Program-made: the position numbers and the translations under genes
Source: Scyliorhinus canicula
Lineage: Eukaryota
Direction of reading: 5' to 3'
Length of the DNA: 64,000 nt
Assembly: GCF_902713615.1 (NCBI RefSeq)
Contig: NC_052158.1
Location: 43,363,159 to 43,427,158 of the forward strand
Shown: positions 17,201-28,510 of the stretch, in pieces
Layout: each line of letters begins with the position of its first letter
Position numbering within the stretch: position 1 is the stretch's first letter
The notes under the pieces: model-generated
Database searches by the model: none
What the model saw: the letters and a program-made list of their open reading frames with translations, nothing else
Told to the model about the DNA's origin: nothing

Positions 17201-20172
17201 TTAGTCGTGAGAACATTTGACGTGTCCATTTTTGTCTTGCTGACCTCCACCTGATGGTGCTCCCATTGGTGATCCTGGAAAGTGTGGGCTATTTTTCATA
17301 TCTTGGGAGCCTCTTCTTGACAAAGGCAAACAAATGACAATATTCGCCATTATCGCCTATGTGCCAGCTCAGCCTTCAGCTGACTGAGGAACAGTATGTT
17401 GAGGACCAAGATCTCAAACCTGAAATTAAGGTCATGTGATCCCTTTGCTCCTATAGAGATTTGTTTGACCTTCATCAAGAACCTCACACTGGAAAGTCCT
17501 ACCAGTGGTGCCTTAGTGAGAACCTCCAAATCCAGTAGCAATAAAAGCAATCAAACAGCAGTGTCTTCTTCCAATCTAACTTACCCAGCACAGAAGCACT
17601 CATCACTCTAAAACCAGCTCTGATGGACAGGACATGTTCATATGCCTGAGACCAGAATCCCAAAGCAATCGCTCTATTGAGCTCAGTTGAGACACTCCTG
17701 GAGGACAGTACACATCCCTGACTTGACCGACCAGAAGGCTCATCCAGGAAGACGCCAAGTATCAGACCTCCGAAGCATGAGGCAAAATGGAGTGTCGGAA
17801 GCGCACCAACTTCCTAAACACCATCTACCCAAGTCTTCAAGCGACCACCTGCCCTGCATATGGCATTCTGCTGAAGATGCATTGGACTAACAGCCATCTC
17901 TGAACCCATTGAACCGAAATGGAAGCAAGTCTTCCCTTATCCTGGGGACCTGCCTAAATTGAGCAGGGCTCATTGAACAAGTTTTCAATGCATTACCTGA
18001 GTAGCGGTTGCTCTACAAAGCTTCATCTAAAGTGCAGACTTGGATTTAGAAAAGCCTTTCATGGCCAAAAGACATTCCAAAGCCATGGTGTACAGCCAAT
18101 TAGTATTTTTGACATATAGTAAGATAATCTGTGTTTGTGATATTGATTTGAGGAAAGACTTGGCAGCTTTATTTTAAATAGTACCATGGAATCTAGGGAA
18201 AATGAGGCCTCATTTAACATCTCATCTGAAAGACTGCATCGCCTAGTGTGGCACTCCCTGGAGTGCACCGTTAACCTTTTGTGCTTTTGTGTTTAAATCT
18301 TGTGAGACTTCTGATATACTTACTAATCGTTTTTACTTTCTCTTTCAGCCATCCTGGATTCTAGCAGTCAAGGCCCACGTAAGTTAACATGAGCGTTTAT
18401 TTTGACAAATAATGACCAGGATTCTCTGTTCCTGGGGTGGCTCCAATGGGATAGTCCATTGACAAGCGGCAGGATCATAGAGTCCCACTGCCTGAGTGGG
18501 ACTGGGACACTGCCGCCACTAGGGAACTGGACAATCCTGCCCAATATTTCTGTATCATGCATTTGGAACTAGAATTACCAGGACCAGTTACAGTCCAGAT
18601 TAGGTGGTGACTGGGGAGTGGTTTGAGACTTCCCCCAAATCATTTCACATGGCACATGTTACTGGTCAAGATTATAACTTTAATCCCCTCGCTGTTGATG
18701 AAAGCCAATGTGAAAACCTGTTTTCCATCAGTTCAATCTCCACAATAATGTAATATAATGGGAGCTTTGGTTTTACATCCCTGTAACCCTGCATTTTGTT
18801 TCTTTTCAAATAATCAGTATCCTTTTCATATATGTCACCTAGTCCCAGTGCCTTGTCATCTTGGATGTACAGATCGCCTATCCAGTACTACATTCTTATC
18901 AATCTTAAATTCAGACTTTCCTCTTCTTTCATCATAACCTGGGTAGCATCTTCTTCCCTACAGTACAGTCTAGCCACTTTTTCTGCCAATCTTTGGCCCA
19001 ATTTATCCAGCCCAGATTTGTAACTTGCTCCATTATTTTTCTCCCAGTTAATTATTATTTCTCTAGATTGTTCATTGTCCTCTTCCATAGTCATCCCAAA
19101 CCTTGTTGTACAATTATTACTATCACCTTGATCTACTTGACCCACCTCAGTCCTTCACTCTAGTTAAATTATTTCTGTCTTTGACCGACCCCCCCCCCCC
19201 CCCCCGGAACTTCTTCTGCACTGTAAAACTTCTTCTGCACTACAATACTCTCTTCATGCTTATCTATGCCTGTTGTAAACCTTGTGTGAATATTCAGTGA
19301 GGGGGGAAATCGCATGGTTTGAGAAGCCCTTCAGTTATATCTAAATTTATTGAAATGAAGTATCTCGTTATGTTACTGAGAAGCAGGGAATATCGGAAAA
19401 TAGATCTTGTTTCCCTACTCTTGGGGGATTTTGAGCCTGTCACCATTTATACTGACAGCAAACGTGGGCTCAAAATTCCACCTATATACTGTAACCCTGA
19501 TTTGGATTCTTTCTTTCTGCATTATTCTAATCCCACCGATTAACTAATTTGGCCCGATGACTCCAGAATCTATTCCTCCCTCCTGCACCACCTTTCCAAC
19601 TATGCATTCTTCTGCCTTCTCCTTCTATTCCAGTAAGTGCTTGAGTGTGGCAGAGAGATTACTACCTGCTTGCTAACTTTCTATCTAGGTCTCTAAATTC
19701 TGGCTGCAGGACTCCATTCCTGTATCAATTGACTATGGCCCCTGAATACTATGTGGAAAGTCAGATGCACTTGGAGCTCCTGCATTACCTGCCTGTGAAC
19801 CACCCATTTCTCTCTGCTTGCTGCCCACTCTGCTTGGTGCCAGAACTTGGGTCAGATTTTTCTTTCATCATAAAGATGACCCCTGACCCTATGTAATTTA
19901 ATCTGACCATATTGGTAACTTCTGGAATTAAGTGAAATCTGCATAGTGGTGCTTTACAGTGCATTGTAAAACTCCAAACCATTGCAGTTTTTTTTTGCCC
20001 ATTTATATTAATAGTAGGCTGGCCATGAGCAGTTCAGTGACTATGTTAGCAACACATGTGCTGGAAGTGCAGAGGTGGCACACTCCCTAGATCGTTCCTG
20101 TCTGTGGACCCTGTGCTTTCTAATTATGGCAACCTTTTTGTTTCAGGTCTGATGAGTCCAACCATTAGTTAA
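1978..20172 (+). CDS. MHC2B: MHC class II beta chain, complete 6-exon gene (271 aa)
   Basis: Exons 1978-2080, 2284-2541, 10696-10977, 16061-16177, 18349-18378 and 20147-20172 splice GT-AG in phase 1 into one open frame: leader, beta1, beta2 (Ig C1), CP/TM, two cytoplasmic exons. The locus/lineage name cannot be assigned without phylogeny. Confidence 0.95.
2284..2541 (+). CDS. MHC2B: MHC IIB exon 2, beta1 peptide-binding domain
   Basis: Acceptor ctcttctag|, donor |gtgag. Reads GAHTYNFLNGCRFNSTKVWTPVWQQVYDQQLTTYFDFNQKKYIAVKDWMKGNVERWNKESRLEQYQEMIAVCENNVPINSKTVSRK, with the Cys pair, NST glycosylation site, WN motif and CxxN. Confidence 0.95.
3200..4020 (+). mobile_element. Degraded CR1 LINE 3' fragments, interrupted by two Penelope-type terminal segments (about 3505-3595 and 3864-3970)
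   Basis: VTSGVPQGSVLG-like coding remnant and CR1-type tail (attgaatggcagatcaggctt...tactcctgctcct). The two interrupting segments share tgctgccagac(c/t)tgctgagattttccagcatttt, also seen at ~10291-10330. Confidence 0.6.
4954..5302 (+). mobile_element. tRNA-derived V-SINE with CR1-type tail
   Basis: A-box tggcacagtggttag, B-box ggttcaag, V-domain tgtgtggagtttg..., tail ctgcactgtagggattctatga. Confidence 0.8.
5384..5743 (-). mobile_element. V-SINE (HE1-like) with CR1-type tail
   Basis: - strand head gggcggcacggtagcatggtggttag and B-box ggttcgattcc. Near-identical to 53954-54293. Confidence 0.88.
5925..7285 (-). mobile_element. Old CR1 LINE (degraded RT and 3' end)
   Basis: Remnant ORFs ...MDCSKAFNK..HGRL..KWLSCKRQRV... 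and a CR1 3' tail at ~5925. Confidence 0.8.
7498..9871 (-). mobile_element. Young 5'-truncated CR1 LINE with uninterrupted ORF2 (end of APE plus RT, about 758 codons)
   Basis: ORF 7594-9900 with PGNYRPVSLT, QHGF, DFSKAFD, GVPQGSVLGP, KFADD; (TTCTATG)n tail at ~7500. Confidence 0.93.
10233..10273 (+). ncRNA. Minimal type I hammerhead ribozyme motif (Penelope-associated) with U3/A8 core variant
   Basis: tagct|TTGACAA|a|gggtc atctg gacgc|GAAA|CGTT|agctg: 5-bp stem I, stem II with one mismatch, GAAA, palindromic AACGTT in place of stem III. Structure was called by eye and activity is untested. Confidence 0.6.
10696..10977 (+). CDS. MHC2B: MHC IIB exon 3, beta2 Ig-C1 domain
   Basis: 282-nt exon VKPTVTI...LSCRVTGFYPPEIDVTWLKNG...DGDWTYQ...YTCHVEHSSL...DW; acceptor ttccag|, donor |gtaag. 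Confidence 0.97.
11040..12371. mobile_element. Degraded CR1 fragments in intron 3 (- strand APE/ORF1 remnant about 11040-11860; + strand 3' remnant about 11900-12371)
   Basis: Similar to the APE/esterase and tail sequence of the better-preserved CR1s in this window. Confidence 0.55.
12383..14868 (-). mobile_element. 5'-truncated L1-clade LINE in intron 3, with poly(A) tail and about 16-bp TSD
   Basis: ORFs with YRPISL, DAEKAFD, GTRQGCP, YADD and C-terminal HMFWACP. AATAAA plus A-tail on the - strand at ~12385-12405. TSD cctgctattaattttt at 12372 and 14869. Confidence 0.92.
16061..16177 (+). CDS. MHC2B: MHC IIB exon 4, connecting peptide and transmembrane segment
   Basis: EVGSTTESEKPKIIVGVLVFIIGFIILLAGVIMRLKNAK; acceptor tgtacag|, donor |gtaag. 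Confidence 0.93.
16240..16552. mobile_element. Harbinger-type MITE remnant in intron 4
   Basis: Right TIR-like ggagaattgcgtcc (16539-16552); repeated ggagaatcgc/gcgattctcc motifs; ctcggcccatccgggccggagaatcgc shared with ~22700 and ~39270. Confidence 0.65.
17200..17940 (+). mobile_element. Degraded RTE-clade LINE 3' fragment
   Basis: Remnant peptides F.YLGS, CASSAF..L....EDQDLKP..K and GHV.MP.TRIPK. Confidence 0.6.
18030..18310 (-). mobile_element. Deu-domain SINE (SacSINE1/AmnSINE-like) remnant
   Basis: - strand gggagtgccacact...gtctttcagatgagatgttaa..gaggcc...ccatggtactattt...acagattatct...ttggctgta...tgaaagg matches the Deu-SINE central and tail pattern as I recall it. Confidence 0.55.
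18349..18378 (+). CDS. MHC2B: MHC IIB exon 5, cytoplasmic
   Basis: 30-nt exon AILDSSSQGP after a polypyrimidine tract ending tctttcag|, donor |gtaag; keeps the frame. Confidence 0.85.
18414..18542. mobile_element. 129-bp Harbinger mini-MITE with AAT target-site duplication
   Basis: TIRs gaccaggattctct / ggacaatcctgccc; AAT at 18411-18413 and 18543-18545. Confidence 0.6.
20147..20172 (+). CDS. MHC2B: MHC IIB exon 6 coding part (RLMSPTIS*), followed by the 3' UTR
   Basis: Acceptor tttttgtttcag|; TAA at 20170-20172. Confidence 0.8.
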
Positions 20173-20660
20173 CTGGTGCATTTGTGTGGATGTGATCAGA
20201 GACATCGGAGTAACGGAACAGGATAAAACTGCTTTTAAAATTCAAACTATTTCTCCTGACTCAATGTCTGATATGACCGGTTATTGGGTATCAGGCTGCT
20301 TGATCTTGCCTTTAGATTTTTTTGAAATTAACTTGATGAGCCATGATTTTATTGAATGGCAGAGCAGGCTTGGGGGTTAAGTAGTCTACTCCTCCATTCA
20401 TATGTAACTTTGTGCAATGTTTTTGGTAGAGTTTATTTACACTGCAGCTTATTTATCATGTTAAATGTACAGCTAAAATCAGGGTGTGCAGCTTAGTTTT
20501 GCCCTCTCTGCACAGGTGAGATACCAGGATCAATGCTGGGTCCATTAGCCTCTTGGAACTGTTTCATTATCTGCATATTTTTACTTATCAGATTCTCTAT
20601 TTTGTATATGTAACGTTTTATTGCAAGTTTTTTGATTCTTTGTGTAGTGGCACCAATTTA

Positions 20661-20790
20661 ATTAAAGTCCATTTGTACTTTACTACAACTGTTGGTCCTT
20701 TTATTGTTGCATTCATCACTCCCACACTTGGAATTTGAGGCTGTGCATTTCTAATAACTTTTTGGGTTCTATCATCATTTTTAAAATAAA
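20661..20790 (+). terminator. Candidate poly(A) signals of MHC IIB: ATTAAA (20661-20666) and AATAAA (20785-20790)
   Basis: Hexamers 0.5-0.6 kb after the stop codon, with T/GT-rich sequence downstream. Which one is used is unknown. Confidence 0.45.
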
Positions 20791-20985
20791 TTTTTTTTTT
20801 TTCCAATTAAGGTGCAAGTTAGCGTGGCCAATCCACCTACCCGCCGCATCTTTTTGGATTGTGGGGGTGAGATCCACACAGACACTGGGAGAATGTGCAA
20901 ACTCCACATGGACAGTGACCCAGGGCTGGGGTCGAACCCAGGTCCTCGATGCTGTGATGCAACAGTGCTAACCACTGTGCTGTCC
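20775..20985 (-). mobile_element. V-SINE, A-tailed subfamily, at the 3' end of MHC IIB
   Basis: tRNA head with B-box ggttcgaccc, V-domain and A-rich tail; same subfamily as 36659, 47748 and 56160. Confidence 0.8.
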
Positions 20986-21854
20986 TTGGGGTTTTATAAT
21001 CAAAGCACAAAGAGGAACAGAAACTCCTAATTTTGTTGGCTGTAAGGGGCTGATGTACAGGCCTGGAGTCTCTGCTCCCATCTGTGTTTGGCGGTGAGAG
21101 AGGAAAATATCATTGAAGGCCTAAGTCTCATTTCATGCTATGTAAAAACAGGAAATGATTGTTTCTTCTAGTCAGTGGTGGGTCGCATTCCCTAATACAT
21201 CAGGAACCTCTGTAATATATTTGCTGGAATTATACTCCCATGTCAAATACTGCATCCACAGTAGTGTGCTGCCAGAACAGTGTGGAAGCTGCCATCTCAG
21301 TTGGTGCTTTTCCCACCCAACATTGGACTTTGCCTGGGATTTTCTGGTTATTGGCAGGGTATTTGGTATCTGAGCCCAGTTCATTGTGTACACCCTTCTA
21401 CATTACCATCCCATAGTACAAATGAGGTGTCCCAGGACAGCAAAGAGACAGTGAGCCATTCATCTAAATCCCATAGTGAAGGGGGACTATTAGTCACTCA
21501 TCTGCCACTGAGTAAATATTGCTGGTTACCAGGGCAATTGCTAGGAGTTGGATGGTGTCATTGGTTGGAAAGGGCTCTAATGAGTATTTAATTCGGACAA
21601 AAATCTCCCATTGCTGCCTATTAGAATGGAGATAGGAGTTGTCAGCTCCACAAATACCAGCTGATTCACTGTTTCCCACAATTTCACGACTGGATGTTTC
21701 CCTACTTTCAATAACCAGAGAATCGGGAGGTGCTGTACAAATAAAGCATTGATTGCAACTTCCAGAGATGCTGAATATCTGCAGCTACTGATTTAATCAT
21801 TTATTGAGAAATCCTATCCATATGGTCATTTGTGTACGCTCAGATCAAATTTTT

Positions 21855-22010
21855 TATCTTTATTAGTGTCACAAGTAGATTTACATTAACATTGCAACTA
21901 AGTTACTGTGAAAATCCCTAGTCAACACACTCCAGCGTCTACGACGGAGAATTCAGAATGTCCCATTCACCTAACAAGCATGTCTTGTGGGAGGAAGCTG
22001 GAGCACCTGG
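21855..22010 (-). mobile_element. V-SINE 3' fragment, (ATT)n-tailed subfamily
   Basis: ttattagtgtcacaagtag..ttacattaac..gttactgtgaaaatccc, shared with 39155, 51525, 59605 and 60601. Confidence 0.65.
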
Positions 22011-22299
22011 TTGGAATTTCTGATTGGAATTGATTCATCTTCAGTAAATAACTGATAACTGGACTGCCCTGCTGCAGTCAGCATCACAAGGAGAATTTAT
22101 TGAACAGGCCAAATAGAGGTTCCTGAGTCTCAGTGGTTATCGGCTCTTCATTAACACATGTAGAACCAGCCTCCATGAACTGATACAGGGTTGCTTGAGG
22201 TTTACGCTGAATGCTTAACGTTTCACTTCTCAAAGTGAACACTGATTCCCAAGGCCAGTACTAGGAATCGCAAAGGATAAAGTTTCAAACACCCCCAGA

Positions 22300-22868
22300 T
22301 CAGAGAAGACTCCTCCAGGGTGGCACCTTTAGGGGCTGGAGCGGTTTGCACCAGAAGACTGGCGCAAACACCTGTCGCCGCCGGCAGCAGGGCTGGCCGA
22401 AAGGCTTTCACCGGTCGGCGCATGCGCCGGCAGTGATGTCAGCGCGATGTGGTGTTCCCTTCCGCTTCCGCCATGGCGTTGGCTGTGGCGGTCGCGGTGG
22501 AACATAGTGCACCCAGGGTACTGGCCCGGCCCCTGATCGGGGGGCCCCGATCGCGGGCCAGGCCACCGTGGGGGCACCCCCCAGGGTTCGATCGCCCCCT
22601 GCCCCCCCAGGAACCCGGGGGCCTGCTCGCACCGCTGATCCCGCCGTTCCAGAGGTGGTTTAAACCTCGGCGGCGGGAGAGGCCTCCCAGTGGCGGGACC
22701 TCGGCCCATCCGGGCCGGAGAATCGCCGCAGGGGCCTCTCCGATCGGAGTGGTGAGATTCCTGCCCCCGCCACTTCCCGGGTGGCGGAGAATCTCTGCCA
22801 CGGCGGGGGCGGGATTTTAGGCGCCCCCAGGCGATTCTCCGACTGCTGGGGGTCGGAGAATTTCGCCC
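22300..22868. mobile_element. GC-rich Harbinger-type MITE, left TIR not recognisable
   Basis: Right TIR ggagaatttcgccc (22855-22868), subterminal gcgattctcc motifs and internal palindromes. Confidence 0.7.
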
Positions 22869-23139
22869 AGAAGAACATTTTAATTGGGTCGGCCTTCCTG
22901 ACACTGATTGGGAAGTTCTTTTGCATGTCATGTATAGTGATTAAAACCCAAGCATGTTAATATTATATTCATGGTCACAACCTTGTTAGTAATGAGGAAG
23001 ATAAATGCCTTTAGAAACCTGACCATGTAAGAGGCATAGGCCAGGTGTGGTAGATTTCTTCCTGAACTTTGAAATGAGCACTGCTCATTTCAGTGTTCTT
23101 CGATGGCTACCTATGGTTGAGTTGAGAGTTAATTGCCCA

Positions 23140-23574
23140 TTAGACCATAAGACATAGAAGCATAATTAGGCCACTCGGCCCATCGGGTCTGCTCCACCAT
23201 TCAATCATGGCTGATATTTTTCTCATCTCCATTCTCCAGCCTTCTCCCCTGATCGCCTTATTAATCAAGAACCTATCTATCTATGTCTTAAAGACACTCA
23301 ATGATTTTGCCTCCGCAGCCTTCTGTGGCAAAGAGTCCCACAGATTCACCACTCTCAGGCTGAAGAACTTCCTCCTCATCTCTGTTTTAAAGGATTGTCC
23401 CTTTAGTCTGAGATTGTGTCCTCTGGTTCTAGTTTTTCCTACAAGCGGAAACATCCTCTCCATGTCCACTCTATCCAGGCCTCACAGTATCCTGTAAGTT
23501 TCAATGTGATCCCCCTCATCCTTCTAAACTCCAACGAGTACAGACCCAGAGTCCTCAACCGTTCCTCATACGAC
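23140..23574 (-). mobile_element. CR1 LINE 3' end
   Basis: ...RMFPLVGKTRTRGHNLRLKG...FFSLRVVNLWDSLP and CR1 tail. Confidence 0.85.
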
Positions 23575-24560
23575 TGATGCACAATCAATGGACACAAAAC
23601 GTAGGTGAAGTCCGAAACGAAAGGCTTACAAACGTACAGGAAACGGCCTGGCTGCAGGGGAACACGGGTTCTTATACCCCGCCTCATAGACGGAGCTACC
23701 TTCCTCTTAGCCAATAGGGATAAGAGGCACACAATACCTGGGCCAATGGGCAGCGAGCCCTCTGCACCAATGGCAGCTCACACTCCCAGGTACCATAATA
23801 CCCCTAGTCATACTACCACATTCACCCCTTGTTGAGAAAGGAATGGGGGGGGGTGTTCGGGGACATGGAGAGGGGGGGAGGGGCGTGTCCCGTGCGAGTA
23901 GATAAGAGACTGGTAGTCTGACTAGTGATGTTGGATCATACCCCTTCAACGGTGGCTGCCCACTGGCCTGCAACTATTTACAGAGTCGATCAAGACACAG
24001 TAACTATATACAAGTTTGAGAACAAAAAAAATGTGAGAACAAGCAAGAACAAGAGTTCATCAACAGTTCACATAGACTCGAACAGCCGATCGGGTGCCTT
24101 GGACGTCCTGTGCGACCTGCGGAGCTGTGCTGGAGACGTTGGAGTGGTGGCCGTCCATGACTCCGGGAGCGATGATCCGGTCCATGTGGCTGCGTCTGTA
24201 CCCCTAGTCAGAGCTTACGACGGCCAGGCCGGGGGAGGGTCGTCCTGCCCATTAGGCAGCGCGCGTAAGGGTTTCGGTGGGGCAGGGAGGAGGGGCGCCT
24301 GCCTGGGGCAGTTGGGGTTGGGGGGTGGTTGGGGGGCTGGCGCCAGGGGGGTGGTAGGGAGACCGTGTCCTGTCGGCCGTCGGGATACTTCACATACACG
24401 TACTGCGGGTTCGCGTGGAGCAGCTGGAACCTCTCGACCAATGGGCCCGACTTGTGCACCCGCACGTGTTTCCGGAGCAGGATGGGCCCAGGAGTAGCCA
24501 GCCAGGTTGGGAGCGGGGTCCCCGAGGAAGACTTCCTGGGAAAAACAACAAACTTTTCCG
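23575..24560 (-). mobile_element. Gypsy 3' portion: integrase C-terminus, PPT and 3' LTR (23575-23820); same group as the element at 1-1758
   Basis: ...PGPILLRKHVRVHKSGPLVE..LLHANPQY..VKYPDGRQDTVSL, then RRSHRTSKAPDRL..*; PPT aaggggtgaa; LTR TGTGGTAG...GCATCA. Confidence 0.85.
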
Positions 24561-24930
24561 CCAAACCCAAAAGTTTTGTTTTAGTCACCTTTCATAAACC
24601 AGCTCAAGTGACCTCTTCCACGCCCATGCAACTGAAAGAGCCATTTCCAGTCACTTCCTATTTAAACTGTACCACCTGAAAGAAAGCATCTATTCCATAC
24701 ATACTCATTGTCTTAAATTCAATAGTCCCAAGCCAAACAAGGAATTATACTTTTAAATCCGGCTAAAGAGCCTCCGAACTTTATTATGCTCCCAGATAGG
24801 TTCTTGATTAATAAGGAGTTATGAGGAGAAGGCAGGAGAATGGGGATGAGAAAAATATCAACCATGATTGAATGGCGGAGCAGACTCGATGGGTCGAGTG
24901 GCCTAATTCTGCTCCAATATCTTATGGTTT

Positions 24931-26232
24931 TGTCGACTTATCAGAACACACCAGTGGCCAGAATACTGTTTAGAAACCCCAATATTTTATTTTAATTTAG
25001 TAGGACTGTGAGGAAAGGATACCTCACTCCAGGAGTGATATCACGCAAAATAGGAATGTGATTATATTAAACAAACTTTATTACTAACACAGTATTAAAA
25101 TATCTTTAACATCAGGCAAGACAATAGCTTACAATACCCCTTAAAAATGTTAATCAATACAGTGACACAATAACCCTTAACTGCAATCTTTATTCCCACT
25201 CAAACAACAAAATCATCTCAGATCCTAATCCACTTTTAAATACAGTTAGCACTCAGGCACACTTGCGGTATACAGATCTCTTGAATACTCCACTCAGCTC
25301 ACCGATTCCAGCCAAAACTAAAACTGAAGCTCAACACCAGACTGCTTCATCCTCTGGCTCCTCCCATTAACTACGTCATCTTACTAAACTGAACACAATG
25401 GGCTGGATTCTCCGTTCCTGATGCTAAGTGCCAGCGTGAACGGAGAATCCAAGGGAGTTTCACGACGGGAAAATTGGCGCGAACCCCTCACCGATTCCGG
25501 TACCGGTGACGGGCTAGCATGTGGGCTTCACATGGTGACTGGCTCCGTGTGAAACGCTCGCAGATCGCGCAAACAACTGCTGGAGAATTGCCGGGTCACA
25601 GGCAGCCCATGTGCAGGGCTGACGACCTGCTCTGGTCGCGCAGGAAAACAGCCATGTTGGAACCCTAACTCGCCGATCCCGATCCCACTGCCCACCCCCT
25701 ATCCAACCCCCCACCACTCTACCCCAGCCATAGCAGAAGCCCCCGCCCCGGCCAGCAGCATGGATCTTGGATGATGTGGCAGCACTGGCACTGTCTGCAG
25801 CCGGCACGCCAGGTTCTCGTGGCCTGCGCTGTCGGGAACTTGGCCCATCGGGGCGGAGCACCATGGGTGGGCCGGCCGATGATATGCCAACGGTGTTGCA
25901 ATGGCATGCGGCCTGATGATGCCGGATTGGAAGGGGCAGAGCATTGCAGACTGGCATCAGACCGGCACTTGCCTTGATTCCGGCATCAGAATCCATCTCC
26001 GCCCGATCACTGATTCTGATTTCGGCATCAGGCTACGGAGAATGTAGCCCAATGTCTTTAATTAGCTACTCCGCAGGGAGCGCTCAATATAAATAAAATC
26101 CGTTACCCCAACCTTTTACTGTGCTTTAATTGCACCTCTTGTAGCCACAAAGCCTGGCTGCCTTCCAAACTAGGATTTTTCAAAACACAGTCATACAGAC
26201 ACTACCCCAGACTTTTAACCTTTATTGCAACA
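24931..26232 (-). mobile_element. Probable solo LTR (about 650 bp) interrupted by a MITE
   Basis: TG...CA ends; the segment atcactcctggag...cacagtc.tac...taaaatattggggtt is homologous to 58970-59040. No TSD found. Confidence 0.5.
25400..26050. mobile_element. Complete 651-bp Harbinger-type MITE with 14-bp TIRs and AAT TSD
   Basis: gggctggattctcc ... ggagaatgtagccc; AAT at 25397-25399 and 26051-26053. Confidence 0.85.
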
Positions 26233-26839
26233 ATATATATAATACAATATATCTGAAATTCCTACATTCATCATAAGGACAAAGCACAACTGAGCATGGT
26301 TCTCTCCAAATACCTCATGACTATGAGGGTGCCCTATTGGTTGGCCACTTGTGCTGCCCTTGAATACCAGCCATTGATGAAAATCCTCCGTAAACTTCAA
26401 AGGTTTGCACTTTCAGAATTTAAAAATAATGCTCGTCGTATTTCAAACATGCTCCACCACCGCTTCTTACATCCTCCTGTCACCACCTTCCTCCATCCCC
26501 ATATACTAACCCAATATAATAATTTAACTTCCTTCTGTAACTCTTGAACCTCCTACCATTGCTCTTGAACCTTTAACTATTACCCTCTACATGCCTACTC
26601 TCCCCCTGAGCCTACACCCATACTGACCCTGACCCTTTGCTCCAATGTCCAGTACTCTTGGTTCAATCTCCAGAGCACTGACCGCACCCTTTACGACCAT
26701 CTCTCCCCCGCCATCCCTGCTCTCAAAAGGCCTCCGTCACACCCAATATGCAAATCGCTTCCCTCCTGCCTGCACCACCGCATTCCCATGATGCCTCCCT
26801 CCCTGACATGGACAGTCTGACTTCCTTCCCAGAACACTC

Positions 26840-27425
26840 TCAAGGGGGCTGCAGGAGGACTTGGACAGGCTAGGAGAGTGGGCAATGAAGTGGCAGATTA
26901 AATATAATGTAGAAAAGGGTGAGGTTATGCACTTTGGAAGAAGGAATTCAGGCACAGACTATTTTCTAAATGGGGAAATGCTTAGGAAATCAGAAGCACA
27001 AAGGGACTTGGGAGTCCTTGTTCACCATTCTCTTAAGGTTAATGTGCAGGTTCAGTCAGCAGTTAAGAAGGCAAATGCAATATTAGCATTCATGTCGCGA
27101 GGGCTAGAATACAAGACCAGGGATGTACTTCTGAGGCCGTCAGAGCCCACTTGGAGTATTGTGAGCATTTTTGGGCCATGTATCTAAGGGAAGATGTGTT
27201 GGCCTTGGAAAGGGTCCAGAGGAGGTTCACAAGAAGGATCCCTGGAATTAAGAACTTGTCATATGAGGAACGGTTGAGGACTCTGGGTCTGTACTCATTG
27301 GAGTTTAGAAGGATGAGGGGGGATCTTATGGAAACTTACAGGATACTGAGAGACCTGGATAGGGTGTACATGAGGAGGATGTTTCCACTTGTAGGAAAAA
27401 CTAGAACCAGAAGACACAATCACCA
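26840..27425 (+). mobile_element. CR1 RT C-terminal fragment
   Basis: ...WQIKYNVEKGEVMHFG...QRDLGVLV...LERVQRRFTR.IPG. Confidence 0.85.
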
Positions 27426-27429
27426 CGAC

Positions 27430-28510
27430 AATCACTGTTAAAGGACTTGTTGGATGTGCAAAGGGGACTGTGGTGACATGTATCGACGACTGCTAAGGGG
27501 GGCCAATACCCAACTGGGAGAGACAAGGGAGAAGTGGGAGGAAGACTTGGGATTTGAAATAGGGTGGGCTCTGGAGCAAAGCGCTGCACAGGGTTAACAT
27601 CCACCCCCACGTGCGCAAGACCATGCCTAATGCAGCTAAAAGTAGTGCACAAGCTCCCTTAACCAGAACCCGAATTAATAGGTTCTTCCCGGAGGTGGAA
27701 GACAGATGTACAGGGTGCCAAGGAGGCCCGACCAGCCACGCCCACATGTTCTGATCTTGCCCCAGACTTGCTGAGTTCCAGATAGCCTTCTTTGAGGCAA
27801 TGTCCAAAGTGGTGGGAGTGAGGGTGGAGCCATGCCCGAGACTGGCAGTCTTCAGAGTATCAGAACAGACAGATCTATTCATGGGGAGGAGGGCCGACGC
27901 CCTTGTCTTTGCCTCCCTAATCGCCCGCCGGAGAATCCTGCTTGGTTGGCGGTCAGCTGTACCACCCAAAGCTGTCCGACCTGTCGGAATTTCTCCAAAT
28001 AGAGAAAACTAAATTCCCCATCTGAGGGTCGTAAGAAGGCTTCCACAAAACGTGGGAATCGTTCACCCAGTTGTTCCAAGACCTGTTTGTAGCCAACAAC
28101 TAGGAAGCCAAAGATCAGGGGGAAGTAGCCACAGGGGGGAGTGGCGGCGGGGGGGTGTTTGGTCAGGAGAACAAGGAACTCAGTCAAATCCAACAAAGGA
28201 ACCAGGAAACACAAGAGGGGGGGGGGGGGGGGGGCAGGGGCAACAACAACCTGAACCAAAGGGAAGAAAAGCAAAGGGACAACCGGTGGGAAGTGAAATG
28301 CAGGGGACAACAATTGCCACTGCAAATACTGTAAGGAGGGGGTTAAAAAAAGGGGAAACTGTGATGTTTCTACGCAAATAGTTGAAACTGAACTATATGT
28401 AAATAGTTTTAGCTTTACTTCTTATTTTCTCTTTTTTAACTCCCACTGTCCGTTCATATTTATATTTGTTTTGTATACCAAAAAACTTAATAAAAATCAT
28501 TATAAAAAAT
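27430..28510 (+). mobile_element. L1-clade LINE 3' end (C-terminal Cys/His region, 3' UTR, A-rich tail)
   Basis: HMF.SCP motif; related to the L1 at 40868-48185; AATAAA and A-rich end at ~28490. Confidence 0.75.

Noticed and set aside
16061-20172. DM-like non-classical chain
   Set aside because: No tyrosine-based YxxPhi sorting motif in the tail, and beta1 keeps the N-glycan site and W61/N82.
22195-22240. Second hammerhead motif on the - strand (ttgagaa-gt-gaaacgtt)
   Set aside because: No stem II and stem I does not pair, so it is probably chance or heavily decayed.
26380-26830. Possible Penelope ORF N-terminal remnant
   Set aside because: The composition is suggestive but I found no diagnostic motif that I can support.
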